Source: Saccharolobus solfataricus
GTDB lineage: Archaea; Thermoproteota; Thermoprotei_A; Sulfolobales; Sulfolobaceae
Reading direction: 5' to 3'
DNA length: 32,000 nucleotides
Assembly: GCF_900079115.1 (NCBI RefSeq)
Contig: NZ_LT549890.1
Span: forward strand, 2,370,001-2,402,000
The stretch's first letter is position 1. The number at the start of each line of letters is the position of its first letter. Made by a program: the position numbers and the translations under genes. The notes under the pieces were generated by a model. That model was given only the letters and a program-made list of their open reading frames with translations. It did not search any database and was not told the origin of the DNA. Shown piece after piece: positions 28,746-32,000 of this stretch.

Positions 28746-29726
28746 GAATCTCTCAACCATTTCTTTAGCGTGTTTTTCATCTAATATATTTTTTTCAATC
28801 ATTAGTTCTGTGGTTTTCTGAATAGCTTTTTTAGCTAACTTAGCTGCAAGCCAACTAATCTCTGGAATATGAAACGCGTCGGAGCCATGCATTACCTTAT
28901 TTAGTGGTGCTACCTCAAAAATCTCATTTAATATATTATATGCCGCTAGGGGTGCAAATGGTATTACCTGTGAGGTATCTAGGTAAACTGAGGGAAAAAG
29001 ATAAGACATCCAAGCTGTTTCCCTATGATAAGGATATCCAGCGTGTACGAAAATTACCTTTCCCTCATACTTCCTAACTATATTAGTTAAATATGAAGGT
29101 CTAGATAACTCCAGCTTAATATCCCTATCCCCGGCCCCAGTGTGAATTTGTACCGGAACTCTTAACTCCTTAGCTATTCTTAAGGTTTCACAAAGCAAAT
29201 AATCTCTAAATCCTTTTGCAACCTTACCAAACCAATCTTTCTCGTTACTATGAAAATCCCTTCTAGCCTCCTCTATGTTACAATTTACCTTTAATCCAGT
29301 CCTATAAGCTATTATGCTCTTAAAACCAGCATAGCCCTCTTTAGTTATTTTTCGTCTTAGGGTCTCCTCAAAGTACTCTAATGCCTTATCAAATGACATT
29401 TGAAAAATGTCATCGTTAATAATGCTCTCTATTCTGAATAGTAACTTTAATTTTGCAGGTATTTCCATTTCCTTCTTTCCAAATCCAGTATCTATTACAA
29501 ATCCATCTATTCCTGCATCGTCGAACAGTAAACGCATATAATTTACTGGATCATTTTTAATTAATTTGTTTCTTTCTTCTATAAAATTTACACCTAATAG
29601 TAACTTAAGTTCATTCCTTAGATATAAATAGAATGGTCTTAGACTATTCATTGTAAAAGTGTCAGTACTTATTTCGTTTTCGAGCCAAGATTCAGCTGAA
29701 GCCATTATAAATTCCTTTTCGCTCAT
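28707..29726 (-). CDS. Amidohydrolase_2 (TIM-barrel metal hydrolase) family protein; the functional frame probably extends upstream to 29771
   Basis: 339 aa from the first ATG. Metal-ligand-like blocks VQIHTGAGD, FVHAGYP and HGSDAFH. The expected N-terminal HxH motif (IIIDSHAHW) lies in frame upstream of the ATG (see findings). Confidence 0.75.
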   Translation of the reverse strand: MSEKEFIMASAESWLENEISTDTFTMNSLRPFYLYLRNELKLLLGVNFIEERNKLIKNDPVNYMRLLFDDAGIDGFVIDTGFGKKEMEIPAKLKLLFRIESIINDDIFQMSFDKALEYFEETLRRKITKEGYAGFKSIIAYRTGLKVNCNIEEARRDFHSNEKDWFGKVAKGFRDYLLCETLRIAKELRVPVQIHTGAGDRDIKLELSRPSYLTNIVRKYEGKVIFVHAGYPYHRETAWMSYLFPSVYLDTSQVIPFAPLAAYNILNEIFEVAPLNKVMHGSDAFHIPEISWLAAKLAKKAIQKTTELMIEKNILDEKHAKEMVERFLYYNSKEMYGFD

Positions 29727-29761
29727 TACCCTTGCCGAGAACCAATGTGCATGGGAATCTA

Positions 29762-31051
29762 TTATAATCGTCTATACACCTCGTACTCCCAATCAGTTAC
29801 TAAGCTTTCATATTCCTCTACTTCAGCTAACTTAACCTTTATGAATTCACCAATTATTTCTTTACCTATCCTCTCCACCAATTTAGTGTCCTTTCTCAAT
29901 TCATTTAGAGCTTCTCTGAGATTTCTCGGAATATCATCAATATCTTTTCTATAGTACGCGTTTTCATTTACAGCTTCTGGGGGCTTTAATCCTCTTTCTA
30001 TTCCATCCAATCCAGCTTCTATTACTGCAGTTAAGAGAAGATATGGATTTGTGGAGGGATCGGGGACTCTATATTCTATTCTCCTGTCTAACTGTGACAT
30101 TCCGGGATATGGTGTCGGTATTCTTATCATGGCGGACTTGTTGTTATATCCATAGGTTATTTTAGTTGGTGCCCAAGAACCAGGAACAAGTCTTTTATAG
30201 GAGTTAATCGTTGGTGAGGCTATTGCGGTTAATGCTTTAGCGTGTTCCAACAAACCAGCTATGAAATTGTAGGCTAAGTCGCTAAGTCCATACTTATCAT
30301 TATGGCTATAGAATAAATTCTGATTATCTTTCCATAAGCTGATGTTTAAATGGAGTCCAGATCCAGCCAATTTATTAAATGGTTTTGGCATAAAGTTCGC
30401 TTCTACACCATGTTTACTTGCTACTTGTCTTGCGACTTCCTTAAATATAACAACTTCATCCGCACTCCTTAGCGCGTCTTTATGCATTATATCAAACTCA
30501 TACTGTCCTGGTCCATATTCCTTTATTATTCTTATTGGTTCTATGTTAATTTGCCTTAACGTTTTAGCAATTTCTGGGATTATTTGATTGTTATAAAATG
30601 CAGAAGGATCGAAACACCTAGCATCATCCAATGGTTTTTTATCCTTTGTTAAATAGAACTCTATTTCGAAAGCTGATTTGAAGTCGAAATCGTATTGTTC
30701 TTTTGCCTTTTCTATTGTTTTAATTAATATACTTCTAGGATCATAATTCCATGGATTTCCATGCTTATATAGGTTGCATATTACTATGGCTGATGGTGGA
30801 AAGACTGAGAGTGTATTAAGGTCTGGAGTAAGGAATACATCTTCATCTTGTGGTCCAAATGTGCCATAGGGACTTATGTAATCCATTGGAGTAAAGCTCA
30901 TCATTGCCATTGTTAAGCCTATACCCGTTTTCAATAATTCATCTACATGGTCAATATAAGCTCCCTTTGATCTAATATACCCATCTAACCCTACCCAAGT
31001 GAATCTTAGAATTTCCACGCCCTTTTCTCTAAGTTCTTTCTCTACATTCAT
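29762..31051 (-). CDS. glnA: Glutamine synthetase family enzyme (GlnA-like, possibly a gamma-glutamyl-amine ligase)
   Basis: 429 aa. GS signatures GSGLHLNISL, NKSAMIRIP and VPDPSTNPYL. I believe S. solfataricus carries several glnA paralogs. Confidence 0.85.
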   Translation of the reverse strand: MNVEKELREKGVEILRFTWVGLDGYIRSKGAYIDHVDELLKTGIGLTMAMMSFTPMDYISPYGTFGPQDEDVFLTPDLNTLSVFPPSAIVICNLYKHGNPWNYDPRSILIKTIEKAKEQYDFDFKSAFEIEFYLTKDKKPLDDARCFDPSAFYNNQIIPEIAKTLRQINIEPIRIIKEYGPGQYEFDIMHKDALRSADEVVIFKEVARQVASKHGVEANFMPKPFNKLAGSGLHLNISLWKDNQNLFYSHNDKYGLSDLAYNFIAGLLEHAKALTAIASPTINSYKRLVPGSWAPTKITYGYNNKSAMIRIPTPYPGMSQLDRRIEYRVPDPSTNPYLLLTAVIEAGLDGIERGLKPPEAVNENAYYRKDIDDIPRNLREALNELRKDTKLVERIGKEIIGEFIKVKLAEVEEYESLVTDWEYEVYRRL

Positions 31052-31088
31052 TAATAATAAAATAAACTTGCTAGTTTATTAACAATTA

Positions 31089-31844
31089 TCATTGCTGAGT
31101 AAAGTTAGTATTTACTTCTTCTGGTTCTTCATACCACTTTACTTTTTCCCCAATCTTCGCCCTCATTTTCCATTTAATACTCTTGGGATGTTTCTCTATT
31201 ATTTCCCTTAATTTTACTAGTTTAGGTTCTATTATTTCCCTGTTTTTATCGTTTTTCATGAATTCTAATACTCTATCATGATTTATTGTATAAGTCTTAT
31301 AAAATCCCCAGTCTTCGGATAAGATTTTAGCTATATAATTATAGTTCATGGTCTTCTCGTCGTCTCTTTCCCCTAATTCCACATCGTAAAGCAGTGCAGC
31401 TATATCTTTCTTATCATTTTCAGTAAGTTGTATTATTTGCATTTTTGTCAGAAATAAATCCGAAGTTGGGATGGTATATTTCATTATTCTTAATCTATCC
31501 TTTAACACAAGTTTATGACACATTACGAATTCATCTAAAAAAACATCAACTGTTGAGTTAATTATAGGATCAAAGAACATTAATCTAATATGTCCATGCA
31601 ATGCGTTAAACCTCTTATTTGGAATCAATCCTATACCTTCTAAGAATCTAGATATCTTAGTACTTTGAGATGAAAGTCCAAAATAATCTATATCCTTGTA
31701 TACTCGTGGATACAATTCTGATCCCTTTTTAGCTATTAGAGCTATTGCTGCTCCTCCAATCACTCTTAGAGTTATTCCCTCATTCTCAGCCTTATCTATT
31801 ACTTCTATCCCTCTATTCAGCAATTGTTCCTTAGTTAATGTCAT
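31089..31844 (-). CDS. Putative Pol-beta-fold nucleotidyltransferase-like protein (uncharacterised)
   Basis: 251 aa. LRVIGGAAIALIAKKGSELYPRVYKDIDYFG fits a loose G[GS]...DxD NTase pattern. 37 nt upstream of the GS-like gene on the same strand. Confidence 0.35.
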   Translation of the reverse strand: MTLTKEQLLNRGIEVIDKAENEGITLRVIGGAAIALIAKKGSELYPRVYKDIDYFGLSSQSTKISRFLEGIGLIPNKRFNALHGHIRLMFFDPIINSTVDVFLDEFVMCHKLVLKDRLRIMKYTIPTSDLFLTKMQIIQLTENDKKDIAALLYDVELGERDDEKTMNYNYIAKILSEDWGFYKTYTINHDRVLEFMKNDKNREIIEPKLVKLREIIEKHPKSIKWKMRAKIGEKVKWYEEPEEVNTNFTQQ

Positions 31845-32000
31845 AATAATTATTTAGAGTTACCTCAATATAAATTATGGCATTATGGATATTTTAAAAC
31901 TTCTTGACAGAATGATTAAAAGGTCGTTAGAGCGATTAGGCAAAAAGTTTATAAGCATAGTTAGAAGTGTGTGACTATGGAACCTCTGATAGCCATAGAT

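Noticed and set aside
29745-30587. Plus-strand ORFs of 69 and 81 aa overlapping the GS-like gene
   Set aside because: Antisense shadows of a gene with GS signatures.
31977-32000. ATG-initiated plus-strand frame (MEPLIAID) running off the window end
   Set aside because: Only 8 codons are visible, so no call is possible.

Overview
AT-rich crenarchaeal chromosomal segment, almost certainly Saccharolobus (Sulfolobus) solfataricus. It encodes the chromatin protein Sso7d and the NAD-dependent alcohol dehydrogenase SsADH essentially as I remember those sequences (recall only, no database search). Region 1-9.8 kb holds a HEPN/MNT toxin-antitoxin-like pair, a metallophosphoesterase, a YjbQ-family protein and a metabolic block: GH12 endoglucanase, crotonase, adh, GTP-PEP carboxykinase, GT35 alpha-glucan phosphorylase and an MhpD-like hydratase. 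Region 9.9-16.3 kb is an insertion-sequence hotspot. It contains an intact 1439-bp element (ISC1439) and a three-level nest: a 1359-bp element (ISC1359) inside an IS110-family element, itself inside a degenerate IS remnant. Region 16.3-22 kb is the most interesting part. A Ser/Thr-rich type IV pilin gene with a class III signal peptide heads a tightly packed operon with two paralogous sequon-rich anchored proteins, a 782-aa polytopic membrane protein with a large extracellular domain, and an APC permease. No assembly ATPase or platform gene is present in the window. Region 22-32 kb holds a small zinc-finger protein, sso7d, a 1308-aa membrane-anchored sedolisin (S53) protease translationally adjacent to a PNGase-A-like glycoamidase, and a minus-strand operon of nucleotidyltransferase-like protein, GS-like enzyme and amidohydrolase. 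The essential HxH motif of that amidohydrolase lies upstream of its first ATG. I saw no rRNA, tRNA or CRISPR array by eye.
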